DNA of 64,000 bases from Takakia lepidozioides (taxonomy: Eukaryota > Plantae > Bryophyta): NCBI GenBank assembly GCA_030704615.1, contig CM060734.1:27962001-28026000 (forward strand). The letters are read 5' to 3'. Below are positions 63,101 through 64,000 of the stretch, piece after piece. The stretch's first letter is position 1; the number at the start of each line of letters is the position of its first letter. The notes beneath the pieces were generated by a model. That model was not told where the DNA came from. It saw only the letters and a list, made by a program, of their open reading frames with translations, and did no database searches. The translations under genes were made by a program, and so were the position numbers.

Positions 63101-63592
63101 CCGAACTGCGACCCCCTCGATTACGACGTTCTGTTCAACAACGTTCCCAAGGAACTTCTCCCTCATAGCCTCACTTCAACGGAACCCCTGCGGTACTCAC
63201 GGACTCGGAGCCCTGCCTTCATTCAGACAATTATGGAGACATGCACAGACGTGGAGGGCACAGTGCTCGACCTCATCTGTGGGACAGGTATGCAGAATCT
63301 TGATCTATGCTGTTCTGCAAATTCTCGTTAGGATGTAGTTCGCAACATCTAAAGCGCCATGTGGTAATGTGTGGATGGCATTGTAACAGGTGCCTCAATG
63401 TGGGCTGGGCGGTTTTCCGACCGGAACCTCTTTGCCTACGAGGAGGATTCATCTGTGTGGGGATCCCATCTGGAAGGGGCTGCAACGGAATGTTAAGGCT
63501 CCCCAGACAGAGCGGAAGTCTCCTCGGATTCGTCGGAGTCCGAGGAAGACACAGTGGACATTGATGCGGAGGAGAACCCGGAATACGAGTGA
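60189..63592 (+). pseudogene. Spliced ParB/Srx-like + beta-class N4/N6 DNA methyltransferase-like gene, copy 2 (frameshifted)
   Basis: LRIPLCRMVSFP..RP, FREGY...AFYVS, WDGNHRLLAW (~60650); later CDMIILE(I)PDG...PSWN (~62690), LARMV.DDRGW, RSPAFIQTIMETCTDVEGTVLDLICGTG (63200-63290), acidic tail ending in TGA at 63590-63592; GT-AG introns. Confidence 0.68.
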
Positions 63593-64000
63593 GTGCAAAC
63601 ATTGTAAGTTTGCAAAGCCTTCTGGGTCATTTTTGTCAAACGAATTTCCCGACTGTGGTTCTCATTAGTCTCGTTGATGATTGTCATGTGCAGGATTGCA
63701 GGGTCTGGGTCGAAACATGTAGGGCCTACACTTCCTGCCAGGAAGAATGTCCCATTCTTTGCGAGGGCCGACTTCATGACGAGCCCGGTGAGGGACTACT
63801 CCCTTCCTAGTTATGCAGCTAAACTCGCAAATACAGCGATTAGAAGAAGTGAGAATCCCAGTAAACTAGAGCAGATTTTGGAGAGGGCTAGGGAGGACAG
63901 AAGGATAAGGAAAGAGTTGGCAGCAACTCAGACAGGTAGACGGGTACGAAAGTACATATGTGATTCAGCGGATGAGAGCGACGCAGACAGGGAGGAAGAG

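Noticed and set aside
60189-63592. Bacterial or phage contamination (ParABS or restriction-modification locus)
   Set aside because: The gene has GT-AG introns, has a paralogue beside a plant-type MULE, and lies among plant LTR elements; no ParA or restriction enzyme is seen.

Overview
Eukaryotic, transposon-dense window. The spliced plant-type DDX6 gene and the TE repertoire suggest a land plant, possibly a bryophyte (inference). The only intact host gene is a 9-exon DDX6/Dhh1-type DEAD-box helicase (41707-46926, 426 aa). The rest is nested, mostly decayed mobile DNA. (1) Gypsy element A with a long antisense ORF, plus a second integrase copy (431-9045). (2) Three Mutator-like (MULE) transposase genes; the two full-length ones have a GCM/WRKY-like Zn domain, DDE core and SWIM finger. 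(3) Two copies of an intron-containing ParB/Srx-like gene; one is divergent from a transposase, and the other continues into a beta-class (N4/N6-type) DNA methyltransferase-like domain. (4) A strictly 53-bp-phased array of a 26-bp palindrome, a related ~96-bp array, and isolated copies of the palindrome in introns of the ParB-MTase gene. (5) A Gypsy element carrying a DNMT3-like C5-methyltransferase between protease and RT and a PHD finger after integrase. (6) Three fragments of an RNaseH + restriction-like-endonuclease (Dualen/RandI-like) LINE, and a tRNA-derived SINE whose 3' end shares the LINE's predicted RNA fold. (7) Two truncated chromoviruses and a solo LTR. The best candidate for an undescribed system is the MULE + ParB(-MTase) + phased palindrome module. 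All domain calls are by-eye motif recognition; no searches were run.
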